Below are positions 9,176 to 19,012 of a stretch of DNA of 64,000 bases, piece after piece. The first letter of the stretch is position 1. Each line of letters opens with the position of its first letter. Location: the sequence record OP310983.1; one strand, 5' to 3'. A model generated the notes under the pieces. That model was not told where the DNA came from, ran no database searches, and saw only the letters and a list, made by a program, of their open reading frames with translations. The position numbers were made by a program, and so were the translations under genes.

Positions 9176-9195
9176 ATCATTACATACTCAGTAAG

Positions 9196-11079
9196 TTATT
9201 CTTCAATACCAATGAGCGTATTGCGTTCATTAGTGTTCTCTACGGATGAACCACTTGGGAAGCTACTGATAGACGCTTGCATTAGTTTCAACATATCGAT
9301 AGCAAATACTCGATAGGTAGATTCGACCTTAGCATCGTCGTACGCTGCATGAATGTTAAGAATGATATTATCGGCCCGTTTAGCCAGCAGATATACGTCC
9401 TCAAGAGCATCTTTATCTTTAATAGTGGATAGCTTATGTTTGTAGATATCCCCATTGACAGATAGGTCAGGATACTGGGCTACCCAAGTGTCCGCAATAG
9501 TCTTAGTGTTGTTAGACAGAACGTCAATGATAACGTTAGCTGCTTCCACAATACCGGTAGCATCAAGCAACTTAATCTTAGCACCAGCATTATCTGGCCA
9601 TTTGGGTTCTTGGAAGTTTGTCTTTACATTGGGTTTCCATTCAGCCAGAAGAGTAGCGACTTTCTTAGGGTCTTGCCAATCATTCCCTTTGAACAGATTA
9701 ACCACGGGGGCTAGTATCTTACTGTTCTCATCCAGAACTTTCTGGTTGTGACGATCAGCTTTAGCTACAGCATTAGTGATATTGGCTTTTGCGGTCTTAG
9801 GATCATTAGACGCGAACGTCTCGTAACTCGATACTTTTACTTCGCCGGTTTTAAGCTTTGCTTCTGCCACCCATTTGGCATCACCATAGGTACTTTTCAG
9901 TGTAGCAATAGCTTTCTTCTTTTTATCAAGATTGATCTCAGGGCCAGAGTCGAAGATACTCTTAATGGTGTCGATAAGACCTTCATTTGAGACTTGTATA
10001 AAACCGGGAGTATTAATGATGGACTTCTCTACATACCCGCCACGAATAACTCGATTTATAAAACCATTAAGACCACTACCAGTTTCGGCCATATCTTTCA
10101 TGATTTCTATATTTGTTTCACCAGCACTCTGGGCATTGTATAAATAATAAGAACCATCTTTAAATTTTAGTATAATCCAGTCATCTCCAGTTAGATATGA
10201 ATCAATATTACTATCATTCATACTTTGGTATTTAATGAATTCTGGATTAGTACTTAGTACTTCTTCAATAAACTCTTCTAATGCCGCAGAATTATTAATA
10301 GCATCAACAGGTGGAATTTCACCATCAATGGGTTCAGTAGTTGGACCAGTAACAATGGCAGGTAACGGATCCTCCTCTACAATAACAGTTTCTTCCACTG
10401 GTAGAGCACCACATGAAGCATCAATTAGTTTATTAAAACTACTAATGATCTCACCAAGTGCTACAAGAACTGCTGGCTGTTCAACTTGTTCAACTTTAGC
10501 AATACCAGTTTCTGTAAATTCTTCAGTGATTCGGTTATAAACTTCTACTAGTTGGTTAGTAAGTTCTGCTACTTTTGGCAGAGTCTGCTTAGACAGAGGT
10601 TCAACTACAGTTGTATCTGCTTCAACAAAAATAGAATCATCTTCTTCTAAACGGCTAGTATTAGCTGAGCCAGCTGTGAAGTTATAAGGCATATCTTGAA
10701 TTACTTCATTAATTTCAGATGCCTCCATATCTTCATTTAGACGACCACTATAAGTACGCATCATACCTTCTGCTTCTTTAATAGTGGAATGCGCTAAGCG
10801 TCCCCAATCACCACGCATAATACCGCGCTCGGTAAGACCGCGTGCAGCTGAACCAAGATCAATAGGTTCTTCAATAAATGATTGTTCTTCAACCCACTCC
10901 TCATTACTGTAACATTCTTTTAGAATGGTTTTAAATTTAGTACTAAAGGGTTGTAGAATCTTTTTATCTACTTGTTCAACATTTGTTTTAAAGTGTTCTA
11001 GACTTGGTGTAGCTTTTGAAGATACTTTTTCAGTACCGCTATATAGCGTACGGTTTAGGAAGTTTAGCATTTTATTCAT
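9196..11079 (-). CDS. virion head (inner head/ejection-type) protein, phiKZ gp303-like
   Basis: 627 aa; S/A/G-X-E head-protease sites (SLE, SNE|GLIDTIKSIF); position upstream of nrdB/nrdA matches phiKZ gp303. Confidence 0.7.
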   Translation of the reverse strand: MNKMLNFLNRTLYSGTEKVSSKATPSLEHFKTNVEQVDKKILQPFSTKFKTILKECYSNEEWVEEQSFIEEPIDLGSAARGLTERGIMRGDWGRLAHSTIKEAEGMMRTYSGRLNEDMEASEINEVIQDMPYNFTAGSANTSRLEEDDSIFVEADTTVVEPLSKQTLPKVAELTNQLVEVYNRITEEFTETGIAKVEQVEQPAVLVALGEIISSFNKLIDASCGALPVEETVIVEEDPLPAIVTGPTTEPIDGEIPPVDAINNSAALEEFIEEVLSTNPEFIKYQSMNDSNIDSYLTGDDWIILKFKDGSYYLYNAQSAGETNIEIMKDMAETGSGLNGFINRVIRGGYVEKSIINTPGFIQVSNEGLIDTIKSIFDSGPEINLDKKKKAIATLKSTYGDAKWVAEAKLKTGEVKVSSYETFASNDPKTAKANITNAVAKADRHNQKVLDENSKILAPVVNLFKGNDWQDPKKVATLLAEWKPNVKTNFQEPKWPDNAGAKIKLLDATGIVEAANVIIDVLSNNTKTIADTWVAQYPDLSVNGDIYKHKLSTIKDKDALEDVYLLAKRADNIILNIHAAYDDAKVESTYRVFAIDMLKLMQASISSFPSGSSVENTNERNTLIGIEE

Positions 11080-11134
11080 GTCTACTCTCTCGTTGATGAC
11101 TGTTAATAAGAGTGCTATAGAATTGTTAGCATAA

Positions 11135-11156
11135 ACCCTCCCAATTAAGGGAGGGT
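11135..11156 (-). terminator. terminator hairpin, identical to 12809-12830
   Basis: ACCCTCCC-AATTAA-GGGAGGGT. Confidence 0.75.
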
Positions 11157-11164
11157 CATTATGT

Positions 11165-11578
11165 CTACATTATATCCCGTGTACCATCATTCATTTCAAC
11201 AACAGTGACTTTATCACCAACCTTTGGTTTTTCATTGGTAACTGTTTGAACCATGTACTGCTTGCCATCTGTATTAACAATCAGTTTACATTGGAATGTT
11301 TCAGTAGCACTAACATTATTACCGACTGCACCGCCAGCGGCACCACCGATTAAACCACCTACCCAACCTCCAGATTTACCAAAGATTGCTCGACCTAATA
11401 CAGCGCCTGCGGTGGCTCCAACTGCACCTCCAACAGTAGTACCGACAACACTACTATCTTTAGCAACTAGCTGACATTCTGAATGTGCAATAATACCATC
11501 TGTAGTTGATTTTACTTCAGTTGCTGCAAATAGAACAGTAGACCATATTAAAACTACGAATGCGATAATCTTAATCAT
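11165..11578 (-). CDS. glycine-zipper 2TM envelope protein
   Basis: Signal-like N-terminus; VGGAVGATAGAVLG...GGLIGGAAGGAVG glycine zipper; C-terminal OB-like tail (KVGDKVTV). Confidence 0.8.
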   Translation of the reverse strand: MIKIIAFVVLIWSTVLFAATEVKSTTDGIIAHSECQLVAKDSSVVGTTVGGAVGATAGAVLGRAIFGKSGGWVGGLIGGAAGGAVGNNVSATETFQCKLIVNTDGKQYMVQTVTNEKPKVGDKVTVVEMNDGTRDIM

Positions 11579-12738
11579 AAGAAGTCAACCTCAAATTCTT
11601 CTTCTTCACCAACATCATTTACAACGTTGACCATGTAATCAGGCTTCTCTTCTTCCTGAGGAGATGCTTGGGTTGATGAAATATCTAGGTAGTCTTCCAT
11701 ATAAAGAAGTGGGTTCTTCTCTGGCCAAACAAAATCAAATCCAGCTGATTCTTTAAACTCTACTTGATACTGTTCTACAACATCATTTTCAATACTTAGG
11801 AATGTTGCTGCGGCATTAGCATTGAAAAGTACCCAGTTAATAAGTTTAGTCGCATTAACACCAGTCAGTTCACGACCTTCAGAGAATAGATAATTAACCC
11901 AGGTAACTTCAGTCTTTACAATTTCCCATAGTAGTTCAATGATTTTATCTTTACATTGGCTGTAAGCGAGTTTACCACGTTCAGTTGCCAGTAGTGCACG
12001 AATAACTTCTTGACCATACTGCGCATGGATTTCGAATTCGTCTTGGGCAATCTTCTTAACAGCAGCTGCAATTTGCTGGAATGCACCGGTGCGGCCAATA
12101 GCGAAAGTTACAGCAAAGGATGCCATGAACTGAATACGCTCAAGGAAATATAGAGCGATGAAGAACATGAATACCTTATTGTAAAGTTCTTGATCATTGG
12201 GTACCTGATTAAGAGCATACGCGTGAACTGCGTCATGTGCTTCACCCATAGTGCGGGCTACTGCAACCATTCGTTCTTGTGCTTCTTCTACCCTAAGAAT
12301 TTCATCTAGAATAACTTTAGGATCTTTAAAGCTATTACGTACAATCTCAGAATAAGTTAAAGCATGTACGTCTTCATTATCATTAATACGTACATATCCT
12401 GCCCATACTCGTGAATCAGTCATGACAGGTGATAGAATATTAACAATGGAACGACTGGCTACAGAGTCAGCTTCCCATTGCCACGCCAGTGTCTTAATCA
12501 TCATGTCATAAGTTGATTTATCACATGTTTCAAATTCTACTAGACAAGTAGAAAAGTCAAATTCTAACTCATCCCAATCAAGCATTTTTAGACGCTTATA
12601 TAGGTCCCACATTTTAGGATAATGAGTGTGGATTGAATCTAGTAGACCTGGGTCATCTCCAAGAATAATTTCTGGTAGATGATAATCACTCTTAGCCGCA
12701 TTGAAGATTTTCTTTGGTAGTTGTGATTTAGTAGACAT
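11575..12738 (-). CDS. nrdB: ribonucleotide reductase class Ia beta subunit
   Basis: Di-iron ligand motifs (WEADS, NEDVHALTY, YFLERIQFMASF, QDEFEIH), C-terminal SPQE. Confidence 0.96.
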   Translation of the reverse strand: MSTKSQLPKKIFNAAKSDYHLPEIILGDDPGLLDSIHTHYPKMWDLYKRLKMLDWDELEFDFSTCLVEFETCDKSTYDMMIKTLAWQWEADSVASRSIVNILSPVMTDSRVWAGYVRINDNEDVHALTYSEIVRNSFKDPKVILDEILRVEEAQERMVAVARTMGEAHDAVHAYALNQVPNDQELYNKVFMFFIALYFLERIQFMASFAVTFAIGRTGAFQQIAAAVKKIAQDEFEIHAQYGQEVIRALLATERGKLAYSQCKDKIIELLWEIVKTEVTWVNYLFSEGRELTGVNATKLINWVLFNANAAATFLSIENDVVEQYQVEFKESAGFDFVWPEKNPLLYMEDYLDISSTQASPQEEEKPDYMVNVVNDVGEEEEFEVDFL

Positions 12739-12808
12739 GTCAGTTCCTTTACAATTTAAAAATATTTCTTACAATAAATAATAGAGGTTAGTATAAATTG
12801 GGAATAAC

Positions 12809-12830
12809 ACCCTCCCAATTAAGGGAGGGT
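12809..12830 (-). terminator. hairpin between nrdA and nrdB
   Basis: ACCCTCCC-AATTAA-GGGAGGGT. Confidence 0.7.
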
Positions 12831-12838
12831 GTATACAC

Positions 12839-15178
12839 TTAAAGAGTGCACGAACCGCCTGCACACCCAACTTCGGCATTAGTTACCTCAACAGCACGTT
12901 CGAGTGATTTAATATCAAGTCCTGCTGCTGTTTCTAGATTTACATAATACCGGGTTTTCATTCCACGTTTCACCATGTAGAAGTGATTACTTAGCATTTC
13001 ATTAGAAGAGATCTTTTCAGAACCTACAATGCGTCGATAGAGGTCCGCACTGATTGTTTGATCAGTCCACTTTTGAATAATGGCATAGCAATCAATAAGA
13101 TCTTTAGTGGGGATATCATAAGCTGATTCATACACATAAGAATCATCATCTCCATATGGAGCAGCCCATAGTACACGTGCGCCATTATCAGTCTTATTAA
13201 GAATTAGACGACGTACCGGATATGGACCATTAGTTGATCCTAGTGCTTTAGATGACGCCTCACCCGGCATGTATGCAGCTAGTACGGAGTGTGCAATACC
13301 ACCATTCTCCTTAATCTCTTTCTCTAGCTCATCCCATGGATAAAGTTCTTCAAAACCACCTTCAATGATAGTGTCCACTGACTTATTATAAGTCTTACGT
13401 GGAGTCCATCCCTCTGGCCATTTAGTCTTATGAATCCAAGGCGCATTACCACGTTCTTTAGCAATCTTAAGTGACGCCTTAATAAGGAAGTACATATGCC
13501 GTTCAGCAATGAAGTGGATTTCAGCTTTACCAGCATCGCTACTATATTTAAGGCCAGCACGTGCCATATGCGTAGCTAGACCCATGATACCAACACCAGC
13601 ACTCATTCGATTCTTAGCGGTTAGTGCAAGGTGTGGGAAAGCATACTCTGCATTAAGGATACAATAGTCAATCATCTTAAGTGCGTAGTAAGCTGCCATT
13701 TCATAAGTTTGCTTATCAGGAACATTATCCACTGCAATAGCAGCCAGTGAACAAGTAGCAATTTCACCGCGACCATGATCCTCACTAGAATAAAGATCTT
13801 CCATTCGATAGTAAGGCTTAGTGGGTTCTGCGATTTCAAGGCATAGGTTAGAACTGTAAATAGGTTCTTTAAATGGCGTATGATGATTGAGTTCATCAAT
13901 TTGAGCTGAATAGATGGTTCCAGTCTCATATGCTTCAACTAGCATTGATTTGAGAAGATCCCGAGCATTTACATAGGTTTTCTCAAATTTAGGATCTGCT
14001 TCATATTTTTCATAAAGCTTAATAAACTTATCAATATTACCACTATAGAAAGCCTCATGTAGATCTGGTGCAGTAAATGGATTGAATACAAAGATCATGC
14101 CATCTTTCTGCGCCGCTTTCTTAGCAAAGAACTTATTACTTAGGAATGCATAGTGAAGATCACGGTTCTTCCTATCCTCAGTAGAACGTGGATTACGTAG
14201 CTGGGTAATCATATCTGCTTCAGGATCGAAAGCACTATAGTAACACGTAACAGCACCACCTCGACCATTCTGTAGGTTAGCCCTTACTGCTTTACCCATT
14301 ACATCGATGTATGGTTTCTTACCTTGGTGAATGATTAGACCATTACGGATAGGATCACCAATTGACCTAGTCATTAAGTTAACACCAATACCTGCTGATG
14401 ATTGGGTCATGATGTTGGCAATATAATCACCCATTGCCAGTGATACGCCATTATCACCAGAAGCAAATAGGCAGCATGATGCAAAACCACGAAGCTTAGT
14501 ACCTAGATTAACGTAGTTAGGTGTTGGGGCACTAAGAATTTTATTAGAAAGTAGTTTATAGTAATTCTCCACATGGGTCATGCGAGTTTCAGCTGGCTCT
14601 TTTTCAGCTAGAGCCATTGCCATTCGCATATATACAAACTGGGCAGTCTCATATTCTTGACCAGTTTTACGATTACGTAGAGCATACTTTCCACGAATGT
14701 GATGAAGTGAAAAATGCGGACAAAGTAGGTCAAGATCATGATCAATGATCTTTTCAATCTGAGCGTATTCTTTACTACTATAATCTAATTTAACAATGAT
14801 ACCATCTTTACGCATCCTGGTTTGAAGCGCTTTAACAGTTGGGATGCCATTTAGACCATAGAACTTCTTACGAAGATAAATCGCATATAGTCGACCAGCC
14901 ATTAGATAATAAGACCATGTCTTACGATTTAGACATTCTTCAATAAGTTGTAATTGTAGTTCTTGTGATGAAGTTTTATCACCAAGAGCTTGAACAGCAT
15001 CCATCACAACACTACTCCAATCCACCTTATCGCCAAGATGTTGGGCTGCCCATTCACCCCAACCATTAATCTTAGCAGGTGAGTATGCTTCTTCAGTACC
15101 GTCTAGTTTAATGATAGTTTTTAACATTGTTAATTTCCAATTGTGAGTCGTAAGTTCATGTGAAAAAGTATTCAACAT
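12839..15178 (-). CDS. nrdA: ribonucleotide reductase class Ia alpha subunit
   Basis: N-terminal ATP cone (probable start MLKTIIKLDG), SAPTP, ASCCL, SNLCLEI, MPGEASS, C-terminal CAGGSCTL. Confidence 0.97.
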   Translation of the reverse strand: MLNTFSHELTTHNWKLTMLKTIIKLDGTEEAYSPAKINGWGEWAAQHLGDKVDWSSVVMDAVQALGDKTSSQELQLQLIEECLNRKTWSYYLMAGRLYAIYLRKKFYGLNGIPTVKALQTRMRKDGIIVKLDYSSKEYAQIEKIIDHDLDLLCPHFSLHHIRGKYALRNRKTGQEYETAQFVYMRMAMALAEKEPAETRMTHVENYYKLLSNKILSAPTPNYVNLGTKLRGFASCCLFASGDNGVSLAMGDYIANIMTQSSAGIGVNLMTRSIGDPIRNGLIIHQGKKPYIDVMGKAVRANLQNGRGGAVTCYYSAFDPEADMITQLRNPRSTEDRKNRDLHYAFLSNKFFAKKAAQKDGMIFVFNPFTAPDLHEAFYSGNIDKFIKLYEKYEADPKFEKTYVNARDLLKSMLVEAYETGTIYSAQIDELNHHTPFKEPIYSSNLCLEIAEPTKPYYRMEDLYSSEDHGRGEIATCSLAAIAVDNVPDKQTYEMAAYYALKMIDYCILNAEYAFPHLALTAKNRMSAGVGIMGLATHMARAGLKYSSDAGKAEIHFIAERHMYFLIKASLKIAKERGNAPWIHKTKWPEGWTPRKTYNKSVDTIIEGGFEELYPWDELEKEIKENGGIAHSVLAAYMPGEASSKALGSTNGPYPVRRLILNKTDNGARVLWAAPYGDDDSYVYESAYDIPTKDLIDCYAIIQKWTDQTISADLYRRIVGSEKISSNEMLSNHFYMVKRGMKTRYYVNLETAAGLDIKSLERAVEVTNAEVGCAGGSCTL

Positions 15179-15471
15179 ATCTTTAGATCAACTAAGTATT
15201 TTTACGACCCATTTTAAATGAATTTAGTTGATCTATTGTAAAAGCATATTATGGTACATTGGATATCTTTATCTTAAAAACCTCTGTAGCCTTAGTGCCT
15301 TAAGGGTTACAGCTATATAGTCCAATATCGTTCTACCATGCTATTTAAGAGCTTTAAACAATAACCCACTATGTACCCTTAGGTTTTATTTTATCAGCAA
15401 TATAACTTAAAATAGAAATATACCTAAGTGCTTTTTACTATACTACTATTATTTATCGGAGTTAATTAAGA

Positions 15472-15861
15472 ATGTCTTTTTATCTACCGAGATACACCGA
15501 TCCAATTGAAGCAATCGAATGGAAAAAGAACGGTGATATACCTGGTGATGGCGTTATCAATAATATCAACCAAGGTGCTATTGTTGGTTATGCTATACCT
15601 ACTAAAGAGTCTACTCTTAGTAATGCGATTTGCCCATTATGTAATCTAACTGAATCTAGTCATGGTATTTTACGTGTGGGTTCAGATAAAGATAAAATTG
15701 TCTGTCCGGGTGATTTTATTATTTTAATTCGTAAAAATAATGGGCGTATATTAGATTACAAATTAATGCGTCAACATGAATTTAATAAACTTTATCAACT
15801 GGTAACAAAAGAGGAAGCTAAACAATGGGCAATGATGTTGGATCCAGAAAAGAAGGACTAA
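15472..15861 (+). CDS. conserved phage protein with putative Zn site (gp1-like)
   Basis: IEAIEWKKNGD...CPLC...HG...VCPGDFII family pattern. Confidence 0.8.
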   Translation: MSFYLPRYTDPIEAIEWKKNGDIPGDGVINNINQGAIVGYAIPTKESTLSNAICPLCNLTESSHGILRVGSDKDKIVCPGDFIILIRKNNGRILDYKLMRQHEFNKLYQLVTKEEAKQWAMMLDPEKKD

Positions 15862-16409
15862 AGTTATATGAAGCTTTAGTTGAGGACATAATCATCACCA
15901 ATGATCTTGGTACTGGTCTTCGACCATCTCTTAATATAACCACTAGTGATGGTGTAACCAGAAATGTTACATTTGATCAACTTGAGAATTTTATTAAAGT
16001 TATAAAAGCCACGCATGATACGCAAACTGTTGGCACTCCACTACAATGGTGTATTTACAGGTATGCTCCTAATTTAGTTAAAGCTCGATATATTGCAACT
16101 AGCTGGAAAATAACTGTAGACCATGTTAAAAAGACTTTGAATTTTCAAGGTACTTTAAATCACGAAGGTACTGTAATTGATCATCCTAACTATGATCCAG
16201 ATATTACCGCAAGAGAACTAATGTTCGATGAAACTATTACTGATTTTAGTCGATTTGAACAAATTGCTCTGTCTGGAAATATCGCTAACTTTAAAGAAGA
16301 ATTCAAAATGATGAAATATAGTTTTGACTTTAGTTACATTATTGAAGTTAGTAATGGCATGACTAGACTCAAGGAGTTAGCTAATGATCAAACTGGATTA
16401 TCAGATTAA
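15825..16409 (+). CDS. hypothetical protein, candidate ChmB (gp2) nuclear-shell partner
   Basis: 194 aa; second gene of the gp1-gp4 block ending in DHFR; function inferred from synteny only. Confidence 0.5.
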   Translation: MGNDVGSRKEGLKLYEALVEDIIITNDLGTGLRPSLNITTSDGVTRNVTFDQLENFIKVIKATHDTQTVGTPLQWCIYRYAPNLVKARYIATSWKITVDHVKKTLNFQGTLNHEGTVIDHPNYDPDITARELMFDETITDFSRFEQIALSGNIANFKEEFKMMKYSFDFSYIIEVSNGMTRLKELANDQTGLSD

Positions 16410-16890
16410 ATCAGAAGTCAATCATCTATTAAATAGATTATTAGTTAAAAACTTAGATGGCACTGTTTATTTTAGAACAACTATTAAAGAAGACGATTTA
16501 AAAGACTTACCTGTTAATCTGATTAGCCTACAAGTACTTATAAATCTATTGATAGGTTATGAAGGACTAGATATTACAACTAATATTGAGGAATTCACAC
16601 AGCAGATTAGTCTGATTCTTTGGGACATGCCCATACTAGAAAAAGGCGAAGTGGAATACCTCTATATTGAACAAGATATTAAGTTGAATGAATTAGTTAT
16701 TAAACATAAAAGACCTGGTGTATTAATTGATGAGAAAGTATATGGTGAATTAACGCTATTACAAATGGCTCAAATTAATTACCTATTAGCGTCTACATTT
16801 AAGTTTAAAACTAATTTCACTTGCTGTAGTTGGGCTATTGAATTTAAAGATAATGAAGTATCTTGTAAATTCTGGCCTAAGGAAAATTGA
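16384..16890 (+). CDS. hypothetical protein (gp3-like)
   Basis: 168 aa ORF coupled to its neighbours. Confidence 0.8.
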   Translation: MIKLDYQIKSEVNHLLNRLLVKNLDGTVYFRTTIKEDDLKDLPVNLISLQVLINLLIGYEGLDITTNIEEFTQQISLILWDMPILEKGEVEYLYIEQDIKLNELVIKHKRPGVLIDEKVYGELTLLQMAQINYLLASTFKFKTNFTCCSWAIEFKDNEVSCKFWPKEN

Positions 16891-17411
16891 TGGCTATTAA
16901 ATTAATCGTTGCCCATGACCTAAATGGTGTCATTGGATATAATAATCTATTACCTTGGCATATACCTGAGGATTTAGCTTTCTTTAAAGAAATGACAACT
17001 GGTTGCTGTGTTATCATGGGTAAAAATACTTTCTTATCCTTAGGTAGTAAACCGTTACCTAATCGTAATAACATTGTTGTATCATCAAGTTTATACCGTA
17101 ACGGTAATTACCCAGTATCCTGTGATAATAAATTAGGTGTACTCCCTAATCTAAGTGCAGCTGTTGTTTATGCCACTCATTTCAATAAAGAAACTGGAAA
17201 GGATGTATGGGTAATTGGTGGTTCTCAACTTTATAAAGAAGTCATTGAAAAAGATATTTTAGATGAAATGTACATCACTACTGTCAAGATGGAAATCGAT
17301 AATAGTAGTTGTGTTTATTTCCCTAAAGAAATCATTAAATGGGATAAATGGAAATCAACCATTATTAAAGAAACAGATTTGTGTAAATATACACGTTGGA
17401 TTAAAACATAA
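16887..17411 (+). CDS. folA: dihydrofolate reductase
   Basis: IVAHDLNGVIG..N.LPWHIPEDLAFFK...VIMGKNTF...PLPNR.NIVVS, WVIGGSQLY. Confidence 0.97.
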   Translation: MMAIKLIVAHDLNGVIGYNNLLPWHIPEDLAFFKEMTTGCCVIMGKNTFLSLGSKPLPNRNNIVVSSSLYRNGNYPVSCDNKLGVLPNLSAAVVYATHFNKETGKDVWVIGGSQLYKEVIEKDILDEMYITTVKMEIDNSSCVYFPKEIIKWDKWKSTIIKETDLCKYTRWIKT

Positions 17412-17468
17412 TAATAGCCTTCCCTAATGGGAAGGCTTTATGTCATGTATTCAAACCTATTTAAAGGG

Positions 17469-17476
17469 TATATTAC
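17469..17476 (+). promoter_or_regulatory. phiKZ-type early promoter (TATATTAC)
   Basis: ATTCAAACCTATTTAAAGGG-TATATTAC upstream of 17529; TATATTAC is the established phiKZ virion-RNAP early motif. Confidence 0.75.
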
Positions 17477-17528
17477 AAAAGTGTAATTAAATATAGATTA
17501 TTCTATTTATTATTGGAGAGTACAGTCC

Positions 17529-17933
17529 ATGAAGAAACCTAAGAAAACAACTTATAATGCTATCGATCTAAGTAAATTAAATAAAGATATGTTCAGTGGT
17601 AGTAGGACCTGGGCAGCGGTTGAGTTTGCAATAAGTTGTGCAAATGAGTTAATGGAATTAAATAGTAAAGGAAATATTATTTTATTTGATAACGATATTG
17701 TCGACAAAGTTGAATTTGAACTTAAGATCTATGATTGGTATGATGCACCACACGGATGTTATCTTTATAGATCTTTATGGAAAAATACTCAGGAAATTGT
17801 CTTTGGTGATAATGTAAATAAAGATGGAAGACTTGTATTGACTAAAGAAGAAGTACGTGAATACTTTTCAAGATTCAAAATTTTCCGTAGTGTCATGTAC
17901 TTATCCAACAGTATTAAAAAGTTAAAAGGGTAA
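17529..17933 (+). CDS. early hypothetical protein
   Basis: 134 aa, GGAG RBS. Confidence 0.85.
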   Translation: MKKPKKTTYNAIDLSKLNKDMFSGSRTWAAVEFAISCANELMELNSKGNIILFDNDIVDKVEFELKIYDWYDAPHGCYLYRSLWKNTQEIVFGDNVNKDGRLVLTKEEVREYFSRFKIFRSVMYLSNSIKKLKG

Positions 17934-17964
17934 CCCTCCCCTACCGATAATACATTCAAACCAT

Positions 17965-18017
17965 TTTAAACAGTATATTACTAACTTGATATTTAACCTT
18001 CAATTAATGTAAAAAGG
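17965..18017 (+). repeat. 53-bp perfect direct repeat containing early promoter and RBS (copy 1)
   Basis: TTTAAACAGTATATTACTAACTTGATATTTAACCTTCAATTAATGTAAAAAGG, identical to 19817-19869. Confidence 0.9.
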
Positions 18018-18027
18018 AATCTATACC

Positions 18028-18543
18028 ATGTTCGAAATTAAATTTTCTAAAAAAGAACAATTCCCTGGCCGTGGTCACTGCATCGAACTTTATGGTGATT
18101 ATGTCACCGAGCGTGTATGGCATGCAGTGAAACAAATGGTTGAATGTAACATTACCAATCACGAGTTTTATAAGGCAAAAGAAGGTTTCTGTGTATTCTT
18201 CCAAGGTGGGCATGATAACCCTCATGGGAAATGGATCCTTCTGGAATTCTGGGTAGACGACATCGAGAAGACTCGTGAGTTCGTTCGTCTCTTGACCATC
18301 ACTATTAATCGAGTATTGACGGAGCGTTTTACTCAAATCTGCGTTAACCCTAATCAAATGGGTTATGCAGATGGGGCAGGTGCATATACTGTACTTGGCG
18401 AAATCCATAAAGAAACTGGATGTCGTGTTAATTGGGGTAGTCCGACTACACCCATTACCTTCTATCCAGAAAATAACTTGGAACATCGTAAAGTACTCGA
18501 CTTGTGTGAAACCTTCGAACTCCCAGTAACTAAATGGGTATAA
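18028..18543 (+). CDS. early hypothetical protein
   Basis: 171 aa behind an early promoter. Confidence 0.85.
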   Translation: MFEIKFSKKEQFPGRGHCIELYGDYVTERVWHAVKQMVECNITNHEFYKAKEGFCVFFQGGHDNPHGKWILLEFWVDDIEKTREFVRLLTITINRVLTERFTQICVNPNQMGYADGAGAYTVLGEIHKETGCRVNWGSPTTPITFYPENNLEHRKVLDLCETFELPVTKWV

Positions 18544-18560
18544 TTAGAGGATAAAGTACC

Positions 18561-18797
18561 ATGTACATCGTTATCCACAGAGACGAGTCTGAAAGACATG
18601 AATTGACTGTAGGTGATCCTAAAGATCTTATCGCGATCTTAGTCATTCTGGAGAATAGTGATAAAGTCATTGAATATAAGGTTATCGATTCGGATGTTGG
18701 TGTAATCAAGGACTTTAGATACTCATTTGGTTGGGGTAACGGGTTCTTCACTAAAAATGCAAAAGATAATTTTAACTGGAATCAATCGAGGAAATAA
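18561..18797 (+). CDS. early hypothetical protein
   Basis: 78 aa, GAGGA RBS. Confidence 0.75.
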   Translation: MYIVIHRDESERHELTVGDPKDLIAILVILENSDKVIEYKVIDSDVGVIKDFRYSFGWGNGFFTKNAKDNFNWNQSRK

Positions 18798-18799
18798 TA

Positions 18800-19012
18800 A
18801 TGGCTAACAGTAAAATCAGTGGCGAAGCTGTAATGAAATATCTACGTTCTCGAAATGACCACGTGGATTTTATGCGAGATAAACTGTCGGTTTACATTGA
18901 AAATGATGAAGTGGTAGTTAAGATTATAGATACTACTTCAGGTGGTTCTGCAACACACCACTCAGGTTATGATGTAAACAACTTTGAAAGAACGTATGGT
19001 CAAACTAACTAA
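18800..19012 (+). CDS. early hypothetical protein
   Basis: 70 aa, GAGGA RBS, terminator at about 19044-19061. Confidence 0.75.
   Translation: MANSKISGEAVMKYLRSRNDHVDFMRDKLSVYIENDEVVVKIIDTTSGGSATHHSGYDVNNFERTYGQTN

Noticed and set aside
9455-11474. Plus-strand ORFs inside the head protein and glycine-zipper genes
   Set aside because: Antisense shadows with low-complexity Ser/Thr/Pro translations.
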